Shown here piece after piece: positions 1 to 9,168 of a stretch of 35,081 nucleotides of DNA. Positions within the stretch are counted from its first letter, which is position 1. Every line of letters starts with the position of its first letter. The stretch covers positions 1 through 35,081 of the forward strand of contig JAFQAM010000280.1 in the NCBI GenBank assembly GCA_017416885.1. Direction: 5' to 3'. The position numbers were made by a program, and so were the translations under genes. The notes under the pieces are model-generated. The model worked only from the letters and a program-made list of their open reading frames with translations. It was not told the origin of the DNA and did no database searches. The DNA comes from Clostridia bacterium. GTDB lineage: Bacteria > Bacillota > Clostridia > Oscillospirales > CAG-272.

Positions 1-1348
1 CCTTGGTTGAATAGTCGCTCTTTTCTGTATTTCCACCGCCCATTCCACCGGGACCGCCCATTCCACCAAAGCCCCCGCCCTGTATTTGCGTGGTGTAGTT
101 AGTCCAATTATATCCCCATTGATATCCACGGCTTGTAAGCGCAAGCGTATCATAAGCATCATTCGGTGTTAATAGCTCCGTCGCCAAATAATATTCCGCA
201 TCCTGCCCTTGCTCCATTTCACTTGTGTAAATAAAGAATTGCATTTTCTCATACTCAGTTAGCTTGGGCAGAGAATAGTAATAGTATGTGCTTCTGCCCC
301 CTGACACCTTAGAATGATAGGTTGCATCTACCCATAAATAGTCCTCATCGGAATTATAATACTTTACCGAATAGAAATAGCTGTTTTGTGAAAAGCGAAT
401 ATAATATACACCTTCACTTGTGTCTGTCACCTCATCGGAATAATTTGAATATTTATCCGTGTAAATATTTAAGACTGTGTTTTCATTATCAATAATTACA
501 TTGTATGCAGCATCTATACCGTCACAAGCGGCATAAATTGTATGACTGCCACCTAAAACAGAAACCGTTCCTCTTTGATTTCCCTTTTCGGAAATACTGC
601 TGTTAGTGGTTTTTATTCCGTCGCCCTGTGTTGAAATCAGAGTTAAATTTCCGCTTTCGATAGTAACACTGTCATTTCCCTTTAGCGAGTTATCCACACA
701 GGATACGGTCAATGTTAGATTTTTAATCTCTAAATCGTCCTTAGTGTGTATGCCATTATTGTTTTTTGAAATAACATTTAGTTCGCCCTTGCCGCAAATT
801 TCAAGGTCAACCAAGGAATAAATCGCGCCCGAATATAATGTCTCATCGGTGCTATCTATTGCTTCACGGTTATCGTAAATATAGCTTTTATACTGATTTT
901 TTGCAGTAAGCGAAACCTTGCTTCCGCTTAAAACAGTAATAGGATTTACATTTTCGCTAACCAATGAAAAATCCAACATTTCAAGGTCAAATTTATATTC
1001 GTCGCCAATGTCAATTATAATGTTTCCCTTAAATTGACCGCTTATTGAATAAACGCTATCCTCTTTTACACTTGAAAAGTAAATAGTACCGTCCTCAATT
1101 CTGTAAGCATTTTCAGTTCCCGAAGCGCAAAGAATTGTAACATCCTGTGTTTCCTCTTCAAAATATCCGTCAAAAATGCCTGTGTCCTCTAAATCTGTAC
1201 CGAATGAGGAATTGTCATCACCTAAATCGGTGGTAGGCTTGTTTTGATTATTCGGTGTCTCCCAGTCCTTGTCAGGCTCATCTACAATACAGGAAACCGT
1301 TGAAAGAGCAAATAATAATATCAAAAATAAGCAAATCGCTTTTTTCAT
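1..1348 (-). CDS. Secreted lipoprotein with carbohydrate-binding-like repeats (DUF4353-like) and a Gly-rich region; C-terminus lies outside the window
   Basis: Uninterrupted minus-strand frame from ATG 1348-1346 (SD GAGGTGAT upstream) to the window edge. N-terminus MKKAICLFLILLLFALSTVSC is a signal peptide with a lipobox-like Cys. Repeated GDGIKT / NGIHTKDDLEI-type motifs; GGGFGGMGGPGGMGGG near the edge. Absent from the ORF track because its stop is off-window. Confidence 0.7.
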   Translation of the reverse strand, partial: MKKAICLFLILLFALSTVSCIVDEPDKDWETPNNQNKPTTDLGDDNSSFGTDLEDTGIFDGYFEEETQDVTILCASGTENAYRIEDGTIYFSSVKEDSVYSISGQFKGNIIIDIGDEYKFDLEMLDFSLVSENVNPITVLSGSKVSLTAKNQYKSYIYDNREAIDSTDETLYSGAIYSLVDLEICGKGELNVISKNNNGIHTKDDLEIKNLTLTVSCVDNSLKGNDSVTIESGNLTLISTQGDGIKTTNSSISEKGNQRGTVSVLGGSHTIYAACDGIDAAYNVIIDNENTVLNIYTDKYSNYSDEVTDTSEGVYYIRFSQNSYFYSVKYYNSDEDYLWVDATYHSKVSGGRSTYYYYSLPKLTEYEKMQFFIYTSEMEQGQDAEYYLATELLTPNDAYDTLALTSRGYQWGYNWTNYTTQIQGGGFGGMGGPGGMGGGNTEKSDYSTK

Positions 1349-1429
1349 TTAATCACCTCATTTAAGATTATATGGCGCGCTACTTAAACAATCCTTAAAA
1401 AGTATTTTCAGTATTTTTTCAGTAAGCTA

Positions 1430-1458
1430 TTGCAAAATATAATAGGAAAAAGTATAAT
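1430..1458 (+). promoter_or_regulatory. Sigma-A type promoter for the RR/HK operon
   Basis: TTGCAA (1430-1435), 17-nt spacer, TATAAT (1453-1458), 18 nt before the ATG at 1476; SD GAGGTG at 1466-1470. Confidence 0.5.
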
Positions 1459-1475
1459 TTTTATGAGGTGAATAT

Positions 1476-2156
1476 ATGAGAATTTTAATAGTAGAGGACG
1501 AAAAGAATTTAGCCGACGCATTATGCCAAATTTTAACCGAGCAAAAATATATGGTTGATGCGGTATATAACGGTAAGGATGGCTACGATTACGGCAAAAG
1601 CGGAATATACGATATTATAATACTTGACATAATGCTGCCTTATATGGACGGCTTCGAGGTGCTTTCCAAGCTAAGAAGCGACAAAATCAACTCTGCCATT
1701 ATGCTTCTTACTGCCAAGGATGGAGTAAGCGACAAGGTTAAGGGACTTGATTTAGGCGCAGACGATTATATGACAAAGCCATTTTCCACCGAGGAGCTGC
1801 TTGCAAGAATAAGAATGCTTTCCCGTCGCAAGGGCGAAATTGTTTTAAACACAATGGAATATGGCGACATAATATTAAATATCGACACCTCAGAGCTTTC
1901 CTGTGTAAGCTCCGATAAAAGCGTGCGCCTTATTTATAAGGAAGCAAAGCTTCTTGAATTGCTTTTAGCAAGAGCAGAAATTATTACTCCAAAGGACGAC
2001 ATAATCGTTAAAATATGGGGCTATGACTCAAACGCAGGGGATAACAATGTGGAAGCATATATATCCTTCCTTCGCAAAAAGCTTAATTTTGTAGGCTGTA
2101 AAACAGAAATTATTTCAATAAAAAAGCTTGGCTATCGCTTAGCAAAAAGGGACTAA
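1476..2156 (+). CDS. OmpR-family response regulator
   Basis: N-terminal receiver domain (MRILIVEDE..., IILDIMLP with phospho-Asp, LTAKD) and a C-terminal winged-helix domain ending LGYRL. Confidence 0.9.
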   Translation: MRILIVEDEKNLADALCQILTEQKYMVDAVYNGKDGYDYGKSGIYDIIILDIMLPYMDGFEVLSKLRSDKINSAIMLLTAKDGVSDKVKGLDLGADDYMTKPFSTEELLARIRMLSRRKGEIVLNTMEYGDIILNIDTSELSCVSSDKSVRLIYKEAKLLELLLARAEIITPKDDIIVKIWGYDSNAGDNNVEAYISFLRKKLNFVGCKTEIISIKKLGYRLAKRD

Positions 2157-2157
2157 A

Positions 2158-3414
2158 ATGTTAAAAAAGCTAAAAAATAAATTTATTTTAATTAATATGC
2201 TAACCGTTGGCATTGTGCTTTTGCTTATCGTAGTTGCAATAACTGTAATTACATATAATCAAGAGATTAAATTTGCCAAGGAATCGGTAGAGCTTCAATC
2301 CTTGTCGGATAGCTTTCCGTCGTTTTCAAGCAAGCCACCGCCAAAGCCTATGACGGATATTAAGAATAATAGCGCCTCAAAGCATATCGCAAGAGCATAT
2401 ACAATTACCGCCTTCATAGATAAAAACGGGGAGGTTGCAACCTTGCATAACTATTTAGACGGTTATACAAGCGAGGAGTTTAATCAGCTTATAACCAAAT
2501 TAATGAATTTGGAGGAAAAGCAAGGAAAAGCATACGGCGTAATTTACGGCAAAAGAAAAATCACTGAGCCAAATTTATCAGAGCAATTTGAATATCAAGT
2601 GGTAATTGCACCGCTATCTGCCATTTACAGAGATACACATGGCATATTTTTTATAGGCTTATCAGTTGTTCTTGGAGCAATGCTAATTTTCTATTTTATA
2701 AGCAAAATCCTTGCAAATGTGGCTGTAAAACCAACAGAAGAGGTGTGGAACAAGCAAAAAAGATTTATTCAAGATGCATCCCACGACTTAAAAACACCGC
2801 TAACCGTTATTATGGCAAATAATGAGATTTTACTGTCCCATAGTGAGAGCAAAATAGATGAGCAAAAAAAGTGGCTTGAAAGCACCAAGCTTGAGGGCGA
2901 GCATATGCGTCAGCTAATAGACCAAATGCTTGACCTTGCCAAAAGCGAAGCGCTTTTATCATCAATCACATTTGAGGATGTCAACATAAGCGAGCTAACG
3001 GAAATGGTTTCATTACAGCTTGAGCCAATCGCATACGAAAATAATGTGTTAATTAATACTGAAATCCAAAATGATATAGTAGTAAAATCAAACAAAAACG
3101 AGTTTACAAGGCTTTTATATATCCTGATTGATAACGGTATTAAATACGCAAGCAGCGACACAGGTGTAACCGTTTCTCTTGAAAAAAACAAAAAACACAC
3201 CGTGCTGTGTGTGAATAATAAGGGAAATACCATTCCAAGCAAGGATTTACCGTATATATTTGATAGATTTTATCGCACCGATAACGCAAGAACAAAGGGC
3301 GGCTTTGGCTTAGGACTTTCAATCGCCAAAAATATTGTCACCGCCTTAAATGGCGAAATTGCCGTTAGCAGCACCGAAACCGACGGAACAACATTTACCG
3401 TAAAGCTTAAATAA
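2158..3414 (+). CDS. Sensor histidine kinase (HisKA + HATPase_c), two TM segments
   Basis: H-box ASHDLKTPL, N-box IDNGIKYA, G-box GGFGLGLSI. ATG follows 1 nt after the RR stop, so the two are coupled. Confidence 0.9.
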   Translation: MLKKLKNKFILINMLTVGIVLLLIVVAITVITYNQEIKFAKESVELQSLSDSFPSFSSKPPPKPMTDIKNNSASKHIARAYTITAFIDKNGEVATLHNYLDGYTSEEFNQLITKLMNLEEKQGKAYGVIYGKRKITEPNLSEQFEYQVVIAPLSAIYRDTHGIFFIGLSVVLGAMLIFYFISKILANVAVKPTEEVWNKQKRFIQDASHDLKTPLTVIMANNEILLSHSESKIDEQKKWLESTKLEGEHMRQLIDQMLDLAKSEALLSSITFEDVNISELTEMVSLQLEPIAYENNVLINTEIQNDIVVKSNKNEFTRLLYILIDNGIKYASSDTGVTVSLEKNKKHTVLCVNNKGNTIPSKDLPYIFDRFYRTDNARTKGGFGLGLSIAKNIVTALNGEIAVSSTETDGTTFTVKLK

Positions 3415-3416
3415 CA

Positions 3417-3444
3417 AAATCTCTGCTTTTGCAGAGATTTTTTA
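3417..3444. terminator. Bidirectional rho-independent terminator between convergent genes
   Basis: aaaatctctgc-tttt-gcagagatttt hairpin with an A-run on one side and a T-run on the other. Confidence 0.7.
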
Positions 3445-4233
3445 ATACCAATATTCATTCATTTCGGAAATAATATTTTTATTAACCGCTTCGTCAATGC
3501 TATCAGGCAAAATTGAATCCGTGTTGCATTTAGGGCAAAGCGCAGTTTCACCATTATCGGTATATTTTGTAATTTCGCTTCGCATAAATGTGCTTTTACA
3601 GTAAAAGCAATAGCAGCTTTCCGACATATCAACCAAGCTTTTATTGTGTGAGCTATAAGCGTGTAGCTTGTTTAACAGCGCTTTCTTTTCGTAGGAATAG
3701 GACCTCATAATTTTCATTTTGTATGTGCCCTTATGTCTTTTTATAGCGCCAACTATAATAAATACGGTAAATATTGCAATAACCGCTAATAATGTCAGCA
3801 AATCCTTTGGTGTTTGCTCCGTTGAATTAAAATAGTAAATTGTAAAAAATAAAGCGACAAAAGCAATAGAAAATATAATTTTATTCATCAAAAGACCTTT
3901 AGCGCGACTTTTCTTGCATTCCTCATAATCGTTTTTTATTTCATAAGAGGATAAAACTCTTTTGCGGTTTTTCTTTTGAATTTTTTCAATTATACACTGC
4001 TCATCATAGGAAATTCTTGCTTGACAGGAGGGACACATAAATCTGTAATCATACACATCATAGTCCCCTTGTGGAAATTTGCCTGCCTTATGATAGCGAT
4101 AATAATCCTTGTCTTCCTTTGTAACAATCCTGTGCGTTTTTTCCTTTTTTAGCTTGCATCCACATTTTGAGCAATAATGCTTTTTAAATATCATTCCCAA
4201 TGGAAGCGAAAAGCTCTTTCCCTTTAAGCCCAT
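3442..4233 (-). CDS. Membrane protein with two cytoplasmic CxxC...CxxC zinc-ribbon modules, unknown function
   Basis: ATG with SD GAGGTGAT. N-terminal CSKCGC...CPSC, two central hydrophobic helices, C-terminal CFYC...CPKCNTDSILPD...MNEYWY. Confidence 0.6.
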   Translation of the reverse strand: MGLKGKSFSLPLGMIFKKHYCSKCGCKLKKEKTHRIVTKEDKDYYRYHKAGKFPQGDYDVYDYRFMCPSCQARISYDEQCIIEKIQKKNRKRVLSSYEIKNDYEECKKSRAKGLLMNKIIFSIAFVALFFTIYYFNSTEQTPKDLLTLLAVIAIFTVFIIVGAIKRHKGTYKMKIMRSYSYEKKALLNKLHAYSSHNKSLVDMSESCYCFYCKSTFMRSEITKYTDNGETALCPKCNTDSILPDSIDEAVNKNIISEMNEYWY

Positions 4234-4264
4234 AAAATCACCTCAAAAATATTATAACATAAAA

Positions 4265-4290
4265 GCTGCCAAAAATCAATTCTTGGCAGC
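4265..4290 (-). terminator. Terminator after the histidine kinase gene
   Basis: gctgccaa / ttggcagc 8-bp stem; on the minus strand it is followed by a short T-run (TTTTAT). Confidence 0.55.
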
Positions 4291-4296
4291 CTTATG

Positions 4297-5718
4297 CTAA
4301 TCAACTATTTTAAATTCAAACCAGAATATAGAGCCCTTGTGAATTTCACTTGACACACCGAAGCGTGAGCCGTGAAGCAAAAGAACATTCTTTACAATGG
4401 AAAGACCAAGACCCGTGCCAATAACGGCGCGCTTGTGAATCTTGTCAACCTTGTAATATCTATCCCAGATTAACGGAAGGTCCTCTTCCTTGATTCCCTC
4501 GCCGCTATCCTTAACGGAAATTCTTACGACATCGTTTTCAACCGTTTGCGTAACTATAACTGTTTTGTCGATACCTGTGTAGTTAATTGCGTTATTTATC
4601 AGATTATAAATAACCTGTAAAAGCCTGATTTCATCTGCATTGATATAAACCTCGCGGTCATAATCGAATACAATGTTAAAATCGTTATGCTCCTTGAAGC
4701 GAGCATATCTTTCAACAGTATTTGATACCGCCCTTGTTAAATTCATTCTTTGAATATTCATTGTCTGCGTACCTGCTTGTAGCTTGGACACATTAAGCAG
4801 GTCATTTACAAGAGAGGTAAGACGGGCAGATTCATCAATAATAACCTGTAAATTTTCAGTAGTAATTTCATCGGGAATATCGCGCATAACCTCTGCATAA
4901 CCTGAAATCATAGTAAGAGGTGTGCGTAAATCGTGGGAAATATTTGCAATAAGCTCCTTTTGCATTGAGTCAAGTCTGCCAAGCTCCTTAGTGGCAATTG
5001 TCAGAGTTTTTGCAAGCTCCCTTGTTTCAATAGGTCCCTCAACATCAAATTCAACATCATAATTCGCTCTTGCCAGCTTTTTTGCATTGTTATTCATTTT
5101 TACAATTGGGGAGGATAGCCTTTTCGCCAAAATAAACGAAATAACAACCGCAACAATCAAGAATAAAATTGAAATCAAAATCAGCAAGGTACGAATTGCG
5201 CTGATAGTGGATTGCATTGGCTCAATTGAAGCATTTAATACAAGTAAATATACAACGCCCTTTGTATCGGTAACAACTCTTGCGAAAACTAAAAAGTCCT
5301 CGCCGTTTTCAGAGGAGCTAATCTCGGAAAACTTGCCCTCATTACTGTCATTTGCGCCGCTTAGCCAATGAAAATAAAGCGTATCATCGGTAACTCCGTG
5401 AATAATACAGCCGTTTGACTTACATTCGGGAGTGTAAATGATAGATGCGTCCTTGCAGTTATATACCTGCATGCATAAATCGTATTCGTCAATAATTTGC
5501 TCAACGGTATTGCCAATATTTTCAGAGCCGATAGCATCAACAATTAAGTTTGATGCAATCTCAATATCGTTTTCCTTTGTTGCTCTGTAAACCTCATTGA
5601 AGAATATAGCCTCAAGCGACCATAAGAATGCGATCATAACAACGGTGAGAGACAAAAAAGAAATGAAAATATTAGTTGTAATTGAAAAATGTATGCGTTT
5701 TTTCTTCATATTTTTCAC
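4297..5718 (-). CDS. Sensor histidine kinase (two TM segments, extracytoplasmic loop, HAMP, HisKA, HATPase_c)
   Basis: H-box ISHDLRTPL, N-box NLINNAINYT, G-box GTGLGLSIV. The start overlaps the RR stop (GTG 5718, or ATG 5709). Confidence 0.9.
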   Translation of the reverse strand: MKNMKKKRIHFSITTNIFISFLSLTVVMIAFLWSLEAIFFNEVYRATKENDIEIASNLIVDAIGSENIGNTVEQIIDEYDLCMQVYNCKDASIIYTPECKSNGCIIHGVTDDTLYFHWLSGANDSNEGKFSEISSSENGEDFLVFARVVTDTKGVVYLLVLNASIEPMQSTISAIRTLLILISILFLIVAVVISFILAKRLSSPIVKMNNNAKKLARANYDVEFDVEGPIETRELAKTLTIATKELGRLDSMQKELIANISHDLRTPLTMISGYAEVMRDIPDEITTENLQVIIDESARLTSLVNDLLNVSKLQAGTQTMNIQRMNLTRAVSNTVERYARFKEHNDFNIVFDYDREVYINADEIRLLQVIYNLINNAINYTGIDKTVIVTQTVENDVVRISVKDSGEGIKEEDLPLIWDRYYKVDKIHKRAVIGTGLGLSIVKNVLLLHGSRFGVSSEIHKGSIFWFEFKIVD

Positions 5719-6419
5719 TGCAGCTTCTTTTCCTCAAAGCGATAGCCCATGCCGCGAATGGTAACTACAAAATCGCTATATCGACCGAGGCTTTTTCTTA
5801 AAATTTTAATATGAGTATCAAGAGTTCTGTCATCACCGAAAAAGTCATAGCCCCATACATCCTGTAAAAGCTTATCTCTTGAAAGAGCAATATTCTTATT
5901 TCTGAGTAAGTAGAAGAATAATTCATACTCCTTAGGTGACATATCAATTCTCACACCGTCAACATAAACAATTCTTGCAGTAATATCGGCAACAAGACCG
6001 CCGTCAGCCATAGTGACGATTTCGTTTTTCTTTTCCTCAACCTTTTCAGTTGCTGTTCTTTTAAGTATAGCGTTAATTCTTAAAAGCAGCTCCTTAGGCG
6101 AAAACGGTTTAACAACATAATCATCAATACCAATCTCAAAGCCGTTTATCTTGTCATACTCCTCGCCACGCGCGGAAAGCATAATGATAGGAATATCAGA
6201 GGTTTTTCTGATTTCGCGGCAAGCGGAGAAACCGTCAAGCTCAGGCATCATAATATCCATAACGATTAAATCAAAATCGTTATGTCTGAACTTGGTAACC
6301 GCATCCAAGCCGTCGCAAGCCTCAACAACCTCATAACCGTCAAATTCGGCATATTTACGAATGAGCTTTCTGATCATTTCCTCATCGTCAACAATTAATA
6401 ATTTGTGCATTTTCATCAC
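5715..6419 (-). CDS. OmpR-family response regulator
   Basis: Receiver domain (LLIVDDEE, LIVMDIMMPELDG, LSARG) plus a winged helix ending MGYRF; SD GAGGTGATG upstream. Confidence 0.9.
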   Translation of the reverse strand: MMKMHKLLIVDDEEMIRKLIRKYAEFDGYEVVEACDGLDAVTKFRHNDFDLIVMDIMMPELDGFSACREIRKTSDIPIIMLSARGEEYDKINGFEIGIDDYVVKPFSPKELLLRINAILKRTATEKVEEKKNEIVTMADGGLVADITARIVYVDGVRIDMSPKEYELFFYLLRNKNIALSRDKLLQDVWGYDFFGDDRTLDTHIKILRKSLGRYSDFVVTIRGMGYRFEEKKLQ

Positions 6420-6428
6420 CTCATAAGT

Positions 6429-6457
6429 ATTTTATCATATATGTAAAATAATTGCAA
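6429..6457 (-). promoter_or_regulatory. Sigma-A type promoter for the RR/HK operon (minus strand)
   Basis: On the minus strand: TTGCAA (6457-6452), 17-nt spacer, TAAAAT (6434-6429). Confidence 0.45.
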
Positions 6458-6472
6458 TAGTTATTTAGCTGC

Positions 6473-6549
6473 CGACCGTCAGCCGTCAGCCGTCAGCAGT
6501 CAGCAGTCAGCCGTCAGCAGTCAGCAGTCAGCAGTCAGCCGTCAGCGAG
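6473..6549. repeat. Tandem heptamer array, about 10 units of CAGCCGT / CAGCAGT
   Basis: Direct reading: cagccgt x2, cagcagt x2, cagccgt, cagcagt x3, cagccgt, cagcgag, preceded by the degenerate unit gaccgt. Confidence 0.95.
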
Positions 6550-6600
6550 ATTAGATACACGGTGGATTTGAAAAATTTTCAAACTTGGTGAAAGGATAGC

Positions 6601-6645
6601 CCATAGTGTAGCCATCTAACAACTGACAGCTAATGGCTAACGGCT
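6601..6645. repeat. Degenerate inverted copy of the YAGCNGT heptamer array
   Basis: Reverse complement reads aagccgt tagccat tagctgt cagttgt tagatgg. Partly complementary to 6473-6549. Confidence 0.6.
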
Positions 6646-6677
6646 TTCATTTTTACGAATGCTTCGTAAAAATGAAA
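6645..6677. repeat. Perfect 15-bp inverted repeat with a 3-nt loop
   Basis: tttcatttttacgaa-tgc-ttcgtaaaaatgaaa. Confidence 0.9.
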
Positions 6678-6713
6678 ATACAGCACTTAATTTTTTAGAT
6701 TTCGTGCTGTATT
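6678..6713 (-). terminator. Terminator of the htrA-like gene
   Basis: aatacagcac / gtgctgtatt stem; on the minus strand it is followed by TTTTCATTTTT. Confidence 0.55.
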
Positions 6714-6743
6714 TCCATATTTTAAGGAGAGAAAGATATAGTC

Positions 6744-7955
6744 TTATTTAGAAGGTGTGTACTCAAAAACCTTTGCTTCAACAGTTATGGTCTGATATTC
6801 ACGACCTACGCTGCGGGCAACCTTAAACTTAATGGTTGAACCGATTTCGCTTTTTCTTACGATAGCAATGATTTCTGATGCAGAGCTTACAGGCTCACCG
6901 TTTACACTGATGATTTTGTCGCCTGTTCTGAACACCTTTTCGTTATAGCCCTTTTCAAGAGAATAAATTCTCACAGAGCCGTCAATATATTCTGCAAATA
7001 CAGCGCCGATTGTTGGCTTATCCTTTACATATCCGTAATTGATAATATCGCTGTACATCTTGCAAGCATCCTTAGCAGGGATTGCAAAGCCAAGACCTTC
7101 AATGCCTGTGCCTGAGGATTTTGCATTAACAATGCCAACAAGTCTGCCACTCATATCGAAAAGTCCGCCGCCTGAGTTGCCGGGGTTTATAGCAGCATTT
7201 GTTTGCATTAAATTCATTATATTACCGTCAATTTCTATTTCACGGTCAAGGGCGCTTATTACACCTGTTGTTACGCTTCCGCCAAGCTCGCCAAGAGGAT
7301 TACCGATAGCGATTACGCTATCTCCCACTCTTAAATCATCATCGCCTGTAAATGAAGCGCAGGAAAGCTCCTTGCTTTTTTCTTCTATTCTTATAATAGC
7401 AACATCGCCTTCAACATCAAAGCCTACGCAGTAAGCGTTATATTGTGTGCCGTCTCTTAAAATTACAGTAATCTTAGAGGCGATACTTCCTGCGCTCTGA
7501 CCTTGAATTACATGAGCATTTGTGATTATATTATATCCGGTTTTTTCACCGTTTAACTGATATTCACCAACGATTACGCCACTTCCCGCGCCGCTTCTAA
7601 CAGCCTGATAGTAGGAGTGAATAACATATTCTGTCTGTATTTCAACTACTGAGTCCTGAACAAGCTCAACAATATCAGCAAGCTTTGCTGTCTCATTTTC
7701 GTTTACAACGATTTGGTTAGCAACAGGAGCCTTATAAATAGTGTTTGTATATACATCGGTTTTTATCACACGGTTTTTAGAAACCAAAAATCCGCCTAAA
7801 ATACCGAACAGCAGAGAAAATACTGCGCAAGCAATGCAAACCGTGATTAATAAGCGAGAGCTTATTCTGTTTTCACTTGAATCGTCTTCTAAATCTATGT
7901 TAGGTCCATAACCGTTAGAGTTTGAAAAATCATCATTATAAATGTAATTTGACAT
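6744..7955 (-). CDS. htrA: HtrA/DegP-family serine protease, N-terminal TM anchor, trypsin-like domain plus PDZ domain
   Basis: Catalytic triad contexts ITNAHVI, GDVAIIRI and GNSGGGLF. C-terminal PDZ-like region (GDKIISVNGEPV). Confidence 0.9.
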   Translation of the reverse strand: MSNYIYNDDFSNSNGYGPNIDLEDDSSENRISSRLLITVCIACAVFSLLFGILGGFLVSKNRVIKTDVYTNTIYKAPVANQIVVNENETAKLADIVELVQDSVVEIQTEYVIHSYYQAVRSGAGSGVIVGEYQLNGEKTGYNIITNAHVIQGQSAGSIASKITVILRDGTQYNAYCVGFDVEGDVAIIRIEEKSKELSCASFTGDDDLRVGDSVIAIGNPLGELGGSVTTGVISALDREIEIDGNIMNLMQTNAAINPGNSGGGLFDMSGRLVGIVNAKSSGTGIEGLGFAIPAKDACKMYSDIINYGYVKDKPTIGAVFAEYIDGSVRIYSLEKGYNEKVFRTGDKIISVNGEPVSSASEIIAIVRKSEIGSTIKFKVARSVGREYQTITVEAKVFEYTPSK

Positions 7956-8357
7956 TTAAAACCTCTATATTTTTAAACCGTTTGGTTAATTTCCGCTAAG
8001 CGCTTGCTTTGCGTTACGGTCTTATTATATACTGCTTATGTGACGGTTTAGTGAACATTAACAAAAATCTAATTGAAAAAACAGTAAACAAACGGGGAAA
8101 ATTGTCTATTTTGCCACATTTTACAAAAATATCATAGCTGCAAGACAGAAGTCCTCTTGATTTTATTGCAAACAATAGTACAATAAATATAAGAAAGCTT
8201 TAGGGGAATAATGCGACGCCGCATAATGAGCCGAATACACTGTACATCTCTTTTTTGTCATTGGCATCATTAATTCTGTTTCCACTTACAACCGCCGTTG
8301 CTTCATCAAAACGGTTCTTCATCCTTGTTGGCGTTTTGAATAATCTGCCTTTAGTTG

Positions 8358-8386
8358 TTGACACCATAATTTTATTGTGGTACAAT
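8358..8386 (+). promoter_or_regulatory. Consensus sigma-A promoter with an extended -10
   Basis: TTGACA (8358-8363), 17-nt spacer ending TGg, TACAAT (8381-8386), 45 nt before the ATG at 8431. Confidence 0.65.
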
Positions 8387-8430
8387 ATATAATGAAAAAA
8401 TATGTGCAAAATTATATTTAGGAGAAAAAT

Positions 8431-9168
8431 ATGCTACAAATAAATAATTTAACTAAAATTTACGGCGAAAAGAAGGCGGTTGACAATCTGTCCTTACACA
8501 TAAAGGCGGGTGAAATGTACGCATTTATCGGACACAACGGCGCAGGTAAAACAACCACCATTAAATCCGTTTGCGGTCTTTTGAATTTTGAGGCAGGCGA
8601 GATACTTATTGACGGAATTTCCATAAAGGAAAATCCAATTGAATGTAAAAGAAAAATATCATATCTTCCCGACAACCCCGACCTTTACGAGTTTATGTCA
8701 GGCATTAAATACCTCAATTTTATTGCCGATATATACGGCGTTGACAAAAAGGAAAGAGCGGAAAGCATTAAAAAATACGGTGATATGTTCGGTATCACAA
8801 GCGATTTAGCGCAGCCTATCTCCGCATATTCCCACGGTATGAAGCAAAAGCTTGCTTTAATATCAGCACTTATCCATAAGCCGAAGCTGCTGATAATGGA
8901 TGAGCCCTTTGTGGGACTTGATCCAAAGGCGTCATATCTCTTAAAGGAGGAAATGAAGCGAATTTGCGAAAACGGCGGAGCAATCTTTTTCTCAACTCAT
9001 GTATTGGAGGTCGCAGAAAAAATCTGCGATAAAATAGCCATCATCAAGGACGGCAAATTGGTTGTAAGCGGAAATATGGACGATGTTAAGGGCAATACCT
9101 CACTTGAAAATATCTTCCTTGAATTAGAGGGAGAGGGAAGCTTTAAGGTTGGTGACAATAATGCTTAA
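8431..9168 (+). CDS. ABC transporter ATP-binding protein
   Basis: Walker A GHNGAGKTT, signature YSHGMKQKL, Walker B LLIMDEP. Confidence 0.9.
   Translation: MLQINNLTKIYGEKKAVDNLSLHIKAGEMYAFIGHNGAGKTTTIKSVCGLLNFEAGEILIDGISIKENPIECKRKISYLPDNPDLYEFMSGIKYLNFIADIYGVDKKERAESIKKYGDMFGITSDLAQPISAYSHGMKQKLALISALIHKPKLLIMDEPFVGLDPKASYLLKEEMKRICENGGAIFFSTHVLEVAEKICDKIAIIKDGKLVVSGNMDDVKGNTSLENIFLELEGEGSFKVGDNNA

Noticed and set aside
606-821. Many 60-130-aa ORFs lying antisense to, or out of frame with, the large genes. Examples: 606-821, 2910-3242, 5087-5371, 7039-7434, 13402-13935, 17405-17717, 24767-25078, 26692-27006, 33818-34129
   Set aside because: They are shadow ORFs embedded in clearly recognisable genes. 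They lack SDs and have low-complexity or biased composition.
8211-8273. 20-codon plus-strand ORF MRRRIMSRIHCTSLFCHWHH (Cys/His-rich), 3 nt after AGGGGA
   Set aside because: The SD spacing is too short, the candidate promoter upstream has a poor 15-nt spacer, and a 20-aa ORF cannot be supported without conservation or expression data. Noted only because of the metal-ligand-like composition.
8200-8409. 69-aa minus-strand ORF in the htrA/ABC intergenic region
   Set aside because: It starts inside the consensus promoter of the ABC operon, has no SD, and its composition shows no coding or domain signal. Treated as a chance ORF.
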